A stretch of DNA of 63,886 nucleotides, counting the filler, from Lenisia limosa (taxonomy: Eukaryota; Protista; Breviatea): the NCBI GenBank assembly GCA_001655205.1. It is 10 parts of 10 records of this genome, joined end to end, with 100 filler letters (N's around TTAATTAATTAA, not from the genome) between each part and the next. Parts side by side here need not be neighbours in the genome. Positions count along the whole stretch, not along the records: positions 35,388 to 52,824 come from LPNZ01002000.1; 9 more parts are not named here. The stretch is one strand, 5' to 3'. Both the position numbers and the translations under genes were made by a program. A model generated the notes under the pieces. It was not told where the DNA came from. It did no database searches and worked only from the letters and a program-made list of their open reading frames with translations. How positions within the stretch are numbered: position 1 is the stretch's first letter; each line of letters begins with the position of its first letter. Positions 35,529 to 48,776 of the stretch are shown here, one piece after another.

Positions 35529-38015
35529 TTACTGTATACAATAATAAAGTTGCAGAACATGACAAACCCCCACTTGAAGGTAAGGATTCTGGCGGATAAC
35601 ATTGGGATCGGCAAGCAACACTCGAACACGATCGTTTCCAAGCTTCTCTAGAGTGATCCGCACCGCCTGCTCCATTGGAGGCTGTGCAGTCCATAACGGC
35701 TCTACTGGAGCCTCTTGTTGGCCGTGATCCGAGCTGATCAGGTTCATAAGGGCACTGAACATATCGGCTTCCGACCGGATCTGAAGTTTCTGAAGGGGGT
35801 CTGTCAGGTCCGGCACGCGGCCAGGGAGGAAGGGCGAGTTGCTCGAAAGACGAACGTTGGGCGTGAAGATTTGTGACACTTCAGGCTCGGAGTGTGGAAG
35901 AAAGTTCTTGACCGTGTTGGTATCTGTACTAGTAATTGAGCTTGCGCGCGGCCGTCTATATGGCCCAGACGCTACGGAAGAAATCGACGGTGACCTTCCG
36001 CGGCCGTGAGACCTCATCGGCGAACTTTCATGCATTGACCGTACACTGTCGTCATCTGACGTGTCATCGTCGTTGGTCTGCTTCCGAGCCTTCTGGCGAA
36101 CTGCCGGTCCGGGGTCCTGTCGCGTCTTTCGGGATCCCCGTGAGGTGACCGAACACGTGTCATCAGCCTCGCTATCGAAACCGTAGTTCTGCTCATATTC
36201 GGGGACATGGGGGGACACCAACAGGCTGCTAGCCGACGTTGTGTGGTAGTAGGCTAAAAGGTGAGTGCAAGCTTTGTCTGGAGTGTTTATATGCATACAG
36301 TAAAAGAGAAGGTTTCAGCTCAAGAAACAACCCAGTACGCACATTGATTATAATCAGCGGAATGAGGGGAGAAGGTGCTCGGTGAGAGGTCTGCTCGGTG
36401 GCCAAAGTCGTTTGCGGTGGCGGGGCTGGTTGAGAGGACTAGCTCGTTGGTGAACGAGCGCGAACGTGAGCGTGAGCGCGAAGTTCGTTTCGCGCTATGG
36501 GACCGGCGGGTGATGGGGGGTCTGGAGGGTGATGGAATGCAAATGGGAATTTGTGAAATAAAAAACCAATAACAGACCTGAATATTAAAGCGCTTGGATC
36601 TATACTTGATGTATTATTGTCCTCATACCTCATGTCAGCGAAGCCTTCAGGAACAGGTGCCAAGTACGGTGAGTCTTGGGGGGTCTATATGATGGGTTTT
36701 CATTGAGAAAACAAAAGCGATTTTAAAACTATTTGTTCATCAAGAAATGAGTATGACAAACAAAATTAATTGTCTTACCGAATCAAAGATTGGCTGTTGT
36801 GGTGATCTCTGAGGGTGTGCCTGATATATTAGTAACATGTGAGAAAGAATCATTTGTTTGACAAAGTAATGATATATCGAATATTTCTCGGACTATTTAT
36901 TGAAGCGTTTTGAAGACTGAAAAGAGACCCAACCTGTTGTGAGGACTTGAAGTCATGCGGATCGTTTTGCTGATAAGTCAGCGGCGGCGGCCTTCGGACA
37001 AACGTTGTTCCCGAGGTTAGGGAGTCGGGCTTGGCCGTGCCGGGGATGGTGGGGGAGGGGGCTGTGTTGTTATGGAGATGTTTGAGGGGTTTAATATACA
37101 TCATCCCTGTGTTGTGCCAATAATATCTAACGCAACTCATCCCACATTTGGTAACCGTTTCTTCATGGTGTATGGGGGTGAATGTGTCAAGCCAGTCCAC
37201 GTCATAAGCGGGGGTAAACGTGGAGTTTTGCTAAAAGGCAGAGTGAGAGTAGACTATGAGAGAAACGAGAGAAAGAAATAATGTGATAAAGACTGGATTG
37301 AATCAACTATTGTAAAATATTACATTTTCACATGTTAACTACGGAACTTGCAAACCAATCTATCCGCCAAACCTGGGGGAAGCCTTCATTGAGGAACTCA
37401 GATGGTGAGGCGGCGAACAGTTGAGAGTCTTCGGAATAGGGCTGGAACGGCTCCTGCCCCAGGGGGTCTAAGAAGAAACTCTGGAGGGTGAGCTGCTCCA
37501 GAGGGTGGAAGAGATTGGAAGGGAGAGGGAAGGAGAAGACTGGAAGAGAGGGAAGGAATACAGTTATTCCATGAATTTCATCTAAAGGCAGAATAAGAAA
37601 GATTGAATATATTGAAGTCAATGATATATTTTATAATCCCTCTTATGTCTCCTCGAAATGAGATTATGTGTTTCGGCACGAAACGAGCCGGCAAGTTGAG
37701 AATGAATCGAATGAAAAACGTTAAAAAAAAAAAAACTAATCAATAAAGCCCCGGAACATGAAAAGGGTCAAACAACAAAGAAGCATATGGAGAAAAAGGA
37801 AGTCATCGAACATGGTCCACACTCGTGATCAGGAACACTGATTCACATGGAATGTGATCAAACCCAACCACAGAAAGGGGAGGCAATCTCCAGCTCAAAA
37901 TAAACAAATCTGAACATACCTCATCACTGGTCGCTACTGGTGAGGGGTAGGACTCAGAGGAGGGGACTGCGGGCATGGTAGCCTCCTCCTGAGAAGACTG
38001 GGTGTTTTTCTCCAA
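35529..38015 (-). CDS. Ser/Arg/Pro-rich spliced protein of unknown function (fragment)
   Basis: A long open stretch at 35529-36296 (two or more exons) plus upstream exons (RSRSRSRSFTNELV at ~36400-36520; LEQLTLQSFFLDPLGQEPFQ at ~37350-37520; EKNTQSSQEEATMPAVPSS at ~37930-38015). Confidence 0.55.
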
Positions 38016-38439
38016 TCTGTGCAGGTTACCTTACGATGAAGATATTCTCTTTCATCAATCTTTCATTCGTTTAGCAAAATGCGATGACGTTTCGGAACTT
38101 CAGTAAACTTGTTTCTTTCCTAAGTTGCTTTTTGCAGTCCTATTATCTTATTATTGATTTGCCCTAGTTGTAGTCTCCTGAAGTACTGCTCATATATTTC
38201 ATTATTTCAATTTCCAAAATATACTTATTTACTGGGGTTACGAGAATAACCAAAAGCTTTGGTTCAAAATGGGGTGTTCTGGTTATCAGGCAGAGTTCAG
38301 GAGTAGTTATCTATATTCTAGTAAGGTTATCAAAGAAGTTCGTCTTGAGAAAAAATTCATATTGAAGGAGCTCTTTATTGAAGGTAAGCCAAGCTTCTCT
38401 TCCTGCCACATACAGGTCGCAGTATCTGACTTACTTTCA

Positions 38440-40550
38440 TTTTAGTTTTGCGAGAATGGATGGACAGTATGACCATCGATCTCGACCTGAAGACCACAGT
38501 GATGAGCGTAAGTTCTGGCCTTTCATTGTGTTTCAAGTTTTTCCCAAGTGTTTATGTGTGTGTGTGTATGTGTATGTGTGTGTGTGTGTGTTTATTGTTA
38601 CAGAAATCAAGATGAATTCAAATAAAAAGAAGAATTCATTCTTCGCAGGATACCTTGCCACTGTAAAGGGCTACAGTGAGGGTCTGCTGGAAGTCTTCCT
38701 GGAACAAGATCCTTGCACCCATGGAACTAACTTTGTCGTTTCTGCCCTGTAAGCTGGTGCACATTATTGCAAGGCCATGAGCGCTGGAGGGTGATACGTA
38801 CTGGCTATTCTATTCATTTCGTTCATGCTTTCTTTCGCTTTTCGCTCAAGCTAAGGCTAAGAAAGAGAAGTGTCAATATTTTTCTTTATCGAGAAATCCA
38901 TTCTTTTTCTGTAACGTAGGGAAGCCAGGCATAACCTTGGGTTATTACATCATCCTTCGCATATCTCACCTCCGCCACAGTGTGGACGGCAATAGCTATC
39001 CGCCTTTCGAGACCAAGAGAGGACTCCTTATTTTCCGAGATGTTTGGTGCCGACCCATGACCTCAGGTACGCTTTTCATGACCACAAGTGTATCATCTTC
39101 TTTCATACGTACCATTTCACCCCTCACAGCTTCGTATTTCTGTGCTGTACGTTTGCAAATGAAAAACGGAAGTATTTCGCTTCCGGGCTTCTTCAAGCGA
39201 ATTAACATGGCCCCTGTTAATGTAAGTTTATGGTGAAGGTGTTAAACAGGTAATTTTATTTGCTCCTTTATTGTATCCATTGCAATGCAAAGTAAACTAC
39301 ATGGATTACTTCTACATGGGTTACTTCTTTTTTTGTCGTCTGCATGTTCTCAACATTGACTTGTAATTTTTTCTTTCCATCTCTACACACACTCGTTTGA
39401 CATTGTCCCAGGTGCTACCACCGCACCTCATACCTCACCAAAGACCGGGCTTTTCATACGACTACCTCCCTGGAGGAAGGGTTTGTGATGTTGATGGAAT
39501 GTTTCATTTTGATCTTTGGGAATGTAACTGATATCTTAGGGTCCTCCAAGACCCCAGCCAACACCACCACAAATGTTACCACCAATGATACAAGGCATGC
39601 AACAACACATGCCTCCAGCCCCTTACATGTATCCTTTCGGTTCCCAAGCCAGCCTAAACCCTGTATGAGTTGTGAAACACTGGTTACTCTGTCCCCTTCT
39701 CTGAGATTGTTTACTGAATATAGACGATGCCAATGATCAGTCCCAGTCCTCCACATGAGAGCTGTAAGGGGGTTTCACTTCAGTCCGAAAAATTCGCGTA
39801 ACACATACAATGATTGTCTCCCCAGGTTTAGACCTTAGCGAAACCCAAGATGTTAGTATTGCATTGTTGACCTATTTCTGATCATCATAGGGAGTCAAAA
39901 CCTGCCACCATCCAAGTTGTCCACTGACCCGTTTGAGGGAATAGAAGTACCATTACTAAGGCATCACTTCTCCGAACAAGACTGAATTTCTCATACCATA
40001 TGTATCATATATGCTCAAGGCCCAAAATTATGTCGTTAATTATTTACAGTCGCCAAAAAATCAGCTATTCCTCTTCAAAACAGTAATATATTTCTGAGAT
40101 ATACACACTTTATTTGTTTATGAAGAGAAAAACCCTTTTTTTTTTTTGATCAGCAAACTTTTTCGCGAANNNNNNNNNNTGTGGCCTCGGCCCTCCTCAT
40201 TCATGGCGCAGACGTCAACGCTAAGTCCGCAGTAAGCTCTGCCCGTCATGGTTTCATGGGTTACCGATCAGCTCAAGTCCACCCCACTTCATTCTGCGGC
40301 CCAAAGGGGAACTGTCGAACTCGTGGAACTTTTACTCAGCAGGGGGGCTGACGTGACTGCTCAAAACCAGGTAAGAGGTTATGTTATGAGGTTTTACAGT
40401 GTTTGATCTTGGTCGCTGTGAAGCGAGACACCGTTGCTTTCATTTGGATGTGTGAAGGCTCGCAGACTTATTGAAAAGGACAATGAGACGCCCCTGCAAA
40501 TCGCCAAGTCTGAAATAGCTGAGGTGCTACAGCGCCACATTAGCACGTGA
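38440..40550 (+). CDS. Ankyrin-repeat protein 3' exons (40180-40550); upstream exons of uncertain membership
   Basis: GADVNAKSA, TPLHSAAQRGTVELVELLLSRGADVTAQNQ|DNETPLQIAKSEIAEVLQRHIST*. Upstream open exons at ~38920-39230 are unassigned. Confidence 0.65.
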
Positions 40551-40827
40551 CCAATGACTGCTTCTACCCCAGAATTGCATTTTGTACTTTTCTTTGTTGT
40601 GTGACTATGCATTATATTATTGACTATGCATGATGCATTATATTATTGGATTTCAGATTATATCTTGTATCTTTCAGGAGTGTGACATAGAGAGCGAGTG
40701 TTAATAGGTAAGATTGAAAAGAAGGACAATACATACACATGTGACATAATAAATTAAACCATAGTTACCTATAACCATCTTCGTAAGACATCATCGTCAA
40801 GCTTAAATAACGTCTAGTAGCGTAAGA

Positions 40828-41200
40828 ATATATGCTGCTCACGGTCCAAAATTATGTCGTTATTTCGAATTAATGTCGTTAATTATTTACGGTCGCCAAA
40901 TCAGCTATTCCCCTTCAAAACAGTAATATATTTCTGAGATATACACACTTAATTTGTTTATGAAGGAAAACAAAGGAAAATATAATCTTTCAATTTTTTT
41001 TTGCAAGATAGCACTTTATCGTGTAAATTTAATTTTTTTTAGCGCCACGCTCGCGCAATTTTTTTTCAGTTTTTGCTCGCATTTGTCTCATATGTCCTTT
41101 TTTACGAGTTAAATTGTTGTGAAGTTGACCGTAACATGAAAAAGACACAGTCACAGAAAATTGAATTAACGACATAGTTTAGGACTTCGAGGATATATAG
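40828..41200. mobile_element. Family E: ~370-bp element with imperfect TIRs, plus a truncated copy at ~40013-40135
   Basis: The left end GTCCAAAATTATGTCGTTA matches the reverse complement of TAACGACATAGTTTAGGAC (~41169-41187). About 110 nt (CAAAATTATGTCGTTA...TTGTTTATGAAG) is directly repeated at 40020-40130. Confidence 0.6.
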
Positions 41201-41239
41201 CAATGAGAGTAATACAAATGGGAAATAAAAGGTACTCCC

Positions 41240-43830
41240 CCCCCCCCCACATTGGTATTGGCGGGTGACTGGGCCACGTCCATTGCGGCTTCGTAATTAT
41301 TCAACGAGCCGTCGGTCCAACTTGCCCAGTCCTCAGCGAATATCGAGGCTGGCCCCGATCGGTTGCTGACGTCACCACCGAAGAAGAAAACCTTGTCGCC
41401 AACCTGGGGGGGGGGGTAATTTCCTTTTATGGAAGTTTGTTGTTGAGTGTTTCACTGATATGTAAAGTCGAATATCCAACACTTATCTGTTGACCATTTT
41501 CCCGTCCCCAGTGTCACTCTGCGTACGTTAACATCGGTAGCCGACACATCTACTGTGATGACATTCATACTCACTCGCCCCACAATGGGACATTTGGTAC
41601 CATTCACCAGCACCTAAACAGTCATATTTTGCATCCACCGCTCCTTGGTAATGAGGTGAGGTGAAGTTGTGTTCACTAGGCAAGTGTTTTGTTCATAACA
41701 TTGTTTAAATCCCATATGCTCATTGATGATGTTCCTTGTTTGACAATAGCCCATTTACCCATCCCTTGTTTGAGAGGGCTCTGGGCACTCCATTGTAATA
41801 GCCACATGCGAGCGTGGCTATTACAGTTTCTAGGCTGTCAGCAGAGCAAAAAGGAAGTACATGGCAATGTGAGTTCAATATGCAATCTCATTCATTTTAG
41901 CTTCACCCCCCCTCTCTCACTTCTATCGCAAAAATACACTGATACAAATGTCTACGTACTTTTGGTCGTGGTGTAAGTGGAATCGTAACCGATTGTGGAG
42001 GACGCGGGAACATCGGCAATGTTGATAATCCTGAAAATTGTCACCAAGTACCGAAGGGCTTGTATGAGTCAAATGCACAAAAAAAAATGTTTCATTGATG
42101 TGGGAATAGCATCAGTATTACCAACTTAGTCGAGAACTGGTAAGCAGGAATGACCGAATTGTTTGTCTGATCACCAGTAGTTTCGTGGCCGTATATCGCA
42201 CCACCAACTCGAACCATGTCCATGTGTGACTAATGAGGTTTGGGTGAGGTGAAAGGCAATGCGCATATTATAAACCAAATTTGAATATCTTGGTAATACT
42301 AAGTTCACCAAATTGGCCAATAACATTCCAGAACCCAGACAAACTTCGGGGAGCAACAGTGTCGCTGCTGAATTAGCACAATGTATCAACGTATGAGGCT
42401 TTACCAATCCGCTTGCACGAAAACCTTCAACCTGGGTGTATTACTTAACATGATGGTTAAAAATATGAGGTTACCATTTCGGTCACCCTATTACGATTTT
42501 ATTGAACTTTTTGATCTGCTGCCTGGTAGTTTCCAAATCTGCGCTGTTGGGGAAATGTGTCATTACCCCAACAAGCTTCAAGTTCGGGAGCTCCTGAATC
42601 TGGAGGAAATAAATAATGAAAGTGGGGATTCGAAACTGAATGTAACAGTTCAATTTGAGAGATCGCAGAAGGTGAAATGCGAGTTTACCGTTGATGTCAT
42701 GATACAGTATACTAGTCACAATATGGGGTACCCACAAACAGAGTCGATATCTTTGAAAGAGTTCTCAAAGAAGCACATACGCCCTATATTTATGAGCATA
42801 ACAATATGAATCAAATACATCATATTAATCAGCAATGAATATAAAAACATTTTACTTGTTTCATCAGACTTATTTCCTCAAACCAGATCCAACGTCCACT
42901 TTAACATGCACCTTGATAACTCTGTTGACAATCATTGCCAACTCGTTTAGTATCACCATCATGTCCTTGGAAGTGACCATTTCCTCCACATCAAGGTCAA
43001 TGACCTCTTCGATCTCTTCCGCGCTCGCCGGCCGGCCCCTGTCACTTATGTTACTGATGTTGACCAATTATAATAAATAATGCAATTCTTTACCAAATGA
43101 ATACAATTTCTCCTTTAACATAATGTATGTACATATGATATATCTAGCTATACAAAAGAGTTGAACCGGCCAAACAAACATCTCCAGCACACCTCATAAT
43201 AGTGATGTTCTTATCCTCCTCACGAATGGCCTTGATTTCGTTGTTATCACACACCCCAATGCAGAATACCTTGGCTTCATGGTTGCAGACTAAGTTTGTC
43301 TGGGGGGTGAGTTCAATTTAATTAAACTGGCAAATAATTTTTTTTCAAAACCCACAATACTAATTGAATGTTGAATTTGAAGTATGTTCAATTTAATTAA
43401 ACTGGCTATTTCAATTAGTCAAACACAAATTAAATTACCCTCCCACTCCATTCTCTGGGTAAACTCAAAACATTATCTTCTTTCACGGTTACTTTTGAGA
43501 GCCCTCATAATAGGAACAAGAACTACTACAAAACTGGAGGCCCATTTGAATCCAAGAAAATAGGCCACATCCACAATCACCAATCAGCAGAAGAGCATAC
43601 TCCCACAAACGATCTCTTTAAGATGCCCCATTCCATAGCATTGTCCCTTGAGCATCGTGCATATCTTCACGTTAGGGCCGACTTTGTCTCGGATCACTGA
43701 CAAGTTGTGTCTAGAAGGAGTAAGGATCTTGTTGGAAAGAAGTGGGAACTTCTCTTTTGCCCGTCTACTTTATTGATTTGAGTGAAACAGTTACTTCAGA
43801 AGGAAGCGCAAGGCCAGTGTCCAGTAGCAT
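41240..43830 (-). CDS. alr: Fold-type III PLP amino-acid racemase (alanine racemase superfamily, broad-spectrum BsrV-like), about 12 exons
   Basis: Spliced product: MLLDTGLALPSEVTVSLKSIK|HNLSVIRDKVGPNVKICTMLKGQCYGMG...CIGVCDNNEIKAIRE..IMR|GRPASAEEIEEVIDLDVEEMV..HVKVDVGS|GRMCF..LVGVMTHFPNSAD..HCANSAATLLLPE|SHMDMVRVGGAIYG..PAYQFSTK|IINIADVPASSTIGYDSTYTT..ACGYYNGVPRALSNKGW|VLVNGTKCPIVGRVSMNVITVDVS..|VGDKVFFFGG. The PLP lysine and catalytic tyrosine positions are occupied. The 3' end is approximate. Confidence 0.92.
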
Positions 43831-44228
43831 TGTGAACAATAAAAAACAAAGAAAGGAAGGCTTTTCAAAACTGTTTATCCAATAATTCTTATAGAAATAC
43901 TGCTATTATAACTAATATACTGCGACAATAGCTGTAAAAACAAATTTTACAAAGATACAAATGGGAACCAATCTACATCCCCATGAAAATTCAATATTTA
44001 TTTTGTTTTGGTTTTTTTTTTGCATTTTTGTGTTACTAAAAGAGAATCAGAGAATAAGAGAGAGAAAAGAAGAATAAAACGAGAAGATATACGGTGTTTC
44101 TTCCTTCATTTTTGAAAACAGCCACAACCCCTTTGCACAGGCCGCCTTACGTCCCTTCTTCTCGTGAATAAACTAATTTATGTCCATAATAAATGATTTC
44201 ATAGCATATCACCAAAAATCCGGTGACA
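43831..44228. promoter_or_regulatory. Probable bidirectional promoter between the racemase and YdjC genes
   Basis: ~400-nt AT-rich spacer between divergent ATGs at 43830 (-) and 44229 (+). Inferred from geometry only. Confidence 0.5.
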
Positions 44229-46500
44229 ATGAATGAGTTCACGCTTATTGTTGTGGGTGACGATTTCGGCTTCAACCCAATGAGGGACAAAGGCCTACTC
44301 CTGTCAGTTACAAAGGTTGGGTGGGAAGTATTTATGGTATAGACCCCTTTTAGTCATTTTCTTCGGTGGCCCAATTTCCTCCTTCACTTTCCTGTTTTGG
44401 CAGTGTCTATCTACTCATGCTCATGTCCTGTCCTGCTGTTGGAAAAAGCAACTCAGATTAATGATTTCTTTCTTTGCCCTCTTGTGTGTTGGTGCCCATT
44501 TTGGAGTTGAAGTATTATCAACCTTTTACGCCTCACTCGCCAGGGCATCGTGTCGAGGCTCTCCATTGCCGTTAACGGACCGACAGCCCTGTCTGCTGCG
44601 CACCAGGCTAAAACAGTGGGCTGGTGATGGTTAATGTATCATATTAATTATACAGATACGATGTACCTTGTTGTATTTCTCATCTTTCTAAATGGTATAG
44701 TTACTACATTGTAAAAGGGAGATTATTGTAATAGAGCACGATAAGATAAGCATTCCCTCGCGTTTGTCACATGTAACGAATTAGTTGGGAGTACCGCTGT
44801 CGTTACATTTAAATGTCACCCAGTTCCAGCCCATTTTACCAGGCCATTTGGTGCCGTCCTTAATTGGTGGGCTTTGATCCATGATGCTTGGATTGCCTCC
44901 GTTGGCTATTTATTCCGTAGACTGCCAAGGCAACTTCCATCCAAGGGAGGAATTTATTGCACGCTGGATGTCAGGCATGATTGATAAGCATGAGGTTGGG
45001 TCGCATTCCACGTGTCCTGTGCTAAAAAGCCATTTTGATTTTTTAGCTACGAGACGAGATTTCGGCCCAATGTGAGGCTTTCAAGTCCCTTATTGTTGGT
45101 GCACACTTACGCGCAGACTCGCACAACCACATCCACGTTATTCCAGGTGTGTTTTAACGTTGACATTTGGATGCTGATTTGAATTGTAAATCATGGCAAA
45201 CCGTCAACACCATGGTGTATATTTTATGATATAGTATATGTATGACATGTAATATATCGATTATACCTTCTTACCTTGTCGTATTGTTTTATCTGCTACT
45301 GACTGCTCTCATTCCATTCAGGGATCCCAGATGTGATCGCTCCAGTTCTTGCTCTTTCAGGTTTTGAGGCCATAAGTTAGTGGGGAAAATCAGCCAAAAA
45401 AAAATGTAGAAATGTCCTAATTTTGTCAAATCCTCTGAAGCCCCGTTAGTTACCATTTCAGGAATACCGTCAGAGATGTTCAACACTTCAGGACCTACCC
45501 CTGACTGCTCCCTCCCGTTTGTTGTCCCATCATGTGGGTAGGTTCACTTAATAGACTGGCCTCGTGGAAAACGACTAATGTCAATATTTTCCGTTTATTT
45601 ATATGTTAGAATAGTAGACAAACTATTTGGGTTGAATAGCATCTTACTGTCAGAGTAGTTGATATTTATCCATTTGTTGAAACGATATCATCATCACCCA
45701 GCGGACCAAGACTCAGAAACAAGCAGCGAGACAATTGACCCCCAGGAGTTATCAGATTCTTCAAGAGCGCGATTCAATCAAGCCATTGCAAAGGTTAGGT
45801 TCAGGGCACTTTGTTGCTGACTTTTAATGTGCTATGTCGGAATGGTCCTTTCTTTGAGTATTATCCCAGCATGCTGCATTAAGAAAGCTTCACACCATTT
45901 ACGGTTTAGTACGCAAAAGAAAGCCGAGCTGTTTTCCGGAAATACAATATAGGCTCGACATCCCTCTTTGGCGGAATGAATTTGGTGGGAGGGGGGGGGG
46001 NNNNNNNNNNNNNNNNNNNNNNNNNNNNNNNNNNNNNNNNNNNNNNNNNNNNNNNNNNNNNNNGCTATTTATACTGCTCAATTGAAGAGATGAGGGATAG
46101 ACTTCCTGGCTCCATGCTCCTAGTTTTAGAATAATCAATACTGAACTTACCAGATCCTGCTATTTATTTCTGATTTCTACATCCATCTGTTTGTTTTCGC
46201 CAAAAATGGAGACCATAACCAAGCAGCTTACGGAGCCCTCGCAAAAGGCATTCATTGAGTCTGTCAGTATCCAACTCAAATGTTCTCAAGCTGAGCCGGT
46301 ATGCTGGCCCTCATCATAACCTCAACCTGGCTCATAACGGTAGGGTCCTGTACAAGTCGAGATGATGGTGCATCCTGGCTTCTGCCATGGCTCAGATGAT
46401 TTCTCGGCATGCAGGCGGAGGGAAATGGAACTTCTTGTTTGCTGGCGTGACTTGCAATACTAGTTTTGTAAACGCCGATATGTTATCCATTATTTAGAAA
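44229..46500 (+). CDS. YDJC: YdjC/ChbG-family carbohydrate deacetylase, multi-exon
   Basis: MNEFTLIVVGDDFGFNP, GIVSRLSIAVNGP, LSLHLNVTQFQPIL..VPSLI|DCQGNF, AHLRADSHNHIHVIP and VEMMVHPG match the YdjC motifs ADDFG, GLHLNLT, DxHxHxH and ELMxHPG. The 3' end is approximate. Confidence 0.85.
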
Positions 46501-47308
46501 TCCAGGGAGTGACTTTTTGAAATCGCATGTATGGAATCTTTGATAGTGGTTGTATTCAGCTTGCAGATTGAGCTTGACCTTTCAGATGGTTCTGGACAAA
46601 ACAGGGTCGCTTTTTGACTCTATACGCAAGATGGGAGGTGTAATTATGTAGAAAATACGCATGGGTGGTGTGGTGTTTCAGGCTAATTTCATAGGTCATT
46701 TTTGTAGTTTTATTTTGATACACCTTTTTCTTTTATGATGCAGACTTGGGTTTTGAGCATATTTCCCTATTTTATTATTTGTCCACGATAGTCCTGATTC
46801 TCCTGCACAATACCAGTCAAATGAAGTATCTGGTCACCTAAGACATGGGAGCACTAACACTAGCAAGTCTTATCCTAACTACCATTAATACTGAAGAAAT
46901 TTCACCAATTGCATACAGCTTTGGGAACTCACGTCCAGAATTGCATAAGATTGGTCCTGTATACACATGATAACATTGATAAACTCAGAAAAACGGCTCC
47001 ACAAAAGAGCCCCTTACTCCATTGAAAGCAGAATCAACACCTTCGAGAAGAGGAATCAAGGGTAGTCGTCCTGGAAAAAGACTCCTCCATCCATTCCAAC
47101 ATCACTACATTGTTATTTGATGTTGGTTACGAGCAAGCCTCCCTCCATTAATATAAACTGGCTGAAGAAATCCTTTATCATGTCAAGAAATCAGTCAGCT
47201 ACCTCACTCACCTCATTTGGTGTGTTGAATAAAGAGTATTCGGTCGTGACTTCACCTAGGGTTTTAGAGGCAAAAGAATTTGGAAGCAACTTTTATTAAT
47301 TTTATCCA

Positions 47309-48776
47309 TTAATAGATAATACATTGCAGGATGGCAATAGGTTTATCCTGCGGAAGCCATCCACATTCAGTTTTTAATATTGAATTGAGTAATGAGAATA
47401 GCCCCCACCTTATCAACACAGTTTCTCAGGAATACTGATAGTTTGGCAGCTGCAGGGGTTCCGACTGAGATCGAAGAAAAATCGTGGAGATTCTAAACAA
47501 CAAATTGAGAAGGGGAAAGAATCTGAATTCCTGGTATTAATGCCAAAGTTAAAAAAAGTAGTCAAACTAACCAAATCAACAAAAAGCGAGTTGGGATAGG
47601 AGTTGGTGGTGGAAATGGGCTCGTAATGTTCCACCAAGTCTTTTTTGGAGCCAACGCATAGAATCTACCAAATGAAAAGATCAAGGAGTAGTGGATAGTA
47701 GTAACGTACTCATTACTTGCCATATAATAATCCTTTCAAGTATCTTACCGGGATAGTTTGGAAGAACTCCTCTCTTTCTGAGTCAACCGCTTGGAGAACT
47801 AAACGGTCAAATGGGAACAGTTAATACTTACACTATTTGAAACACTCAAAAACACTCGATATTAATTTGTCTTTTGGATCCAAAACAAAGTTCCCGCCAT
47901 CCTTCATCAGCCCTGCTCCATACCCCTACCATCTCTGCTCCACTGTCCTGGTGACTGCGGTCCTTTGATGACATCGGGCTGGCTCGCGGACCCGACAACT
48001 TCTTCGCGAACCTCACGAATCCACTGCTCCCGTCAATAGGGCCTTAGAACCACAGCAAAGCAAGGAAATCAATTTTTCTACTACCGGATTGGTCCAATAT
48101 GCCTTCAGACAATGGGTGATATCAAAGACGACGTAGTCACACCAACCTTATTTGTATTACGGAAGGACTTGCCATTGGTGAGGTCATGAACAAGAATAAT
48201 GCCTAAGGGGCAACGTGTCAGAATAATGATATTATAAAACAGTCCATTATCATGTCCCATTTCAATAGCAACCCACCATGAAAGTCCTTATAAAAAACGG
48301 GTCGCATGAGTGAGTATTGCGAGGATCCACTGACTTCTAACAAGTCGAAGAAGAGCTCCTCCCCGGTGTTCGGATGTCGAAAAGGCTATGTTTTAGGAAA
48401 GGCTTTCGGAAGTATATGAAGAAAAGTGTATTATACTTTAATTCCATGAACGCTTTTATGACATATCAACCTTCAACCTGCCTCACTTATACAGTTTCTC
48501 TCTGGTATCAAACCACAACATCACATTTGTAAGGAGAATGAAAAGAGAATAGTGTGAAGTAATCATCTTTGTAAGGAGAATGAAAAGAGAATAATGTGAA
48601 ATAATCGAGGGAGATGGAGGCATTCAGGCCCACTTGTAGTCCACCCTTACCATGACTTCGAGGTGGACGCCCACAGTTCCCCCCCATTGTGACGTCTTCG
48701 TGGCATTGCAAAGCATGTTGACAAGACAGGTTTTGCCGACACCACTATCGCCCAACACTAGGATGCGAGGGTTCAT
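47309..48776 (-). CDS. RABL3: Rab-like protein 3 GTPase
   Basis: MNPRILVLGDSGVGKTCLVNMLC..GGTVGVHLEV, FFDLLEVSGS..RPVFYKDFH|GIILVHDLTNGKSF and ILCVGSKKD match RABL3 VLVLGDSGVGKS, WTVG, GIIFVHDLTNKKS and VIGTKLD. Confidence 0.85.

Noticed and set aside
41240-43830. Bacterial contaminant contig as the source of the racemase
   Set aside because: The frame is broken by about 11 GT-AG introns of the host type, and the contig also carries RABL3 and other eukaryotic genes.
48527-48606. 39-nt direct repeat in a RABL3 intron as a mobile-element footprint
   Set aside because: Simple local tandem duplication; no other copies seen.
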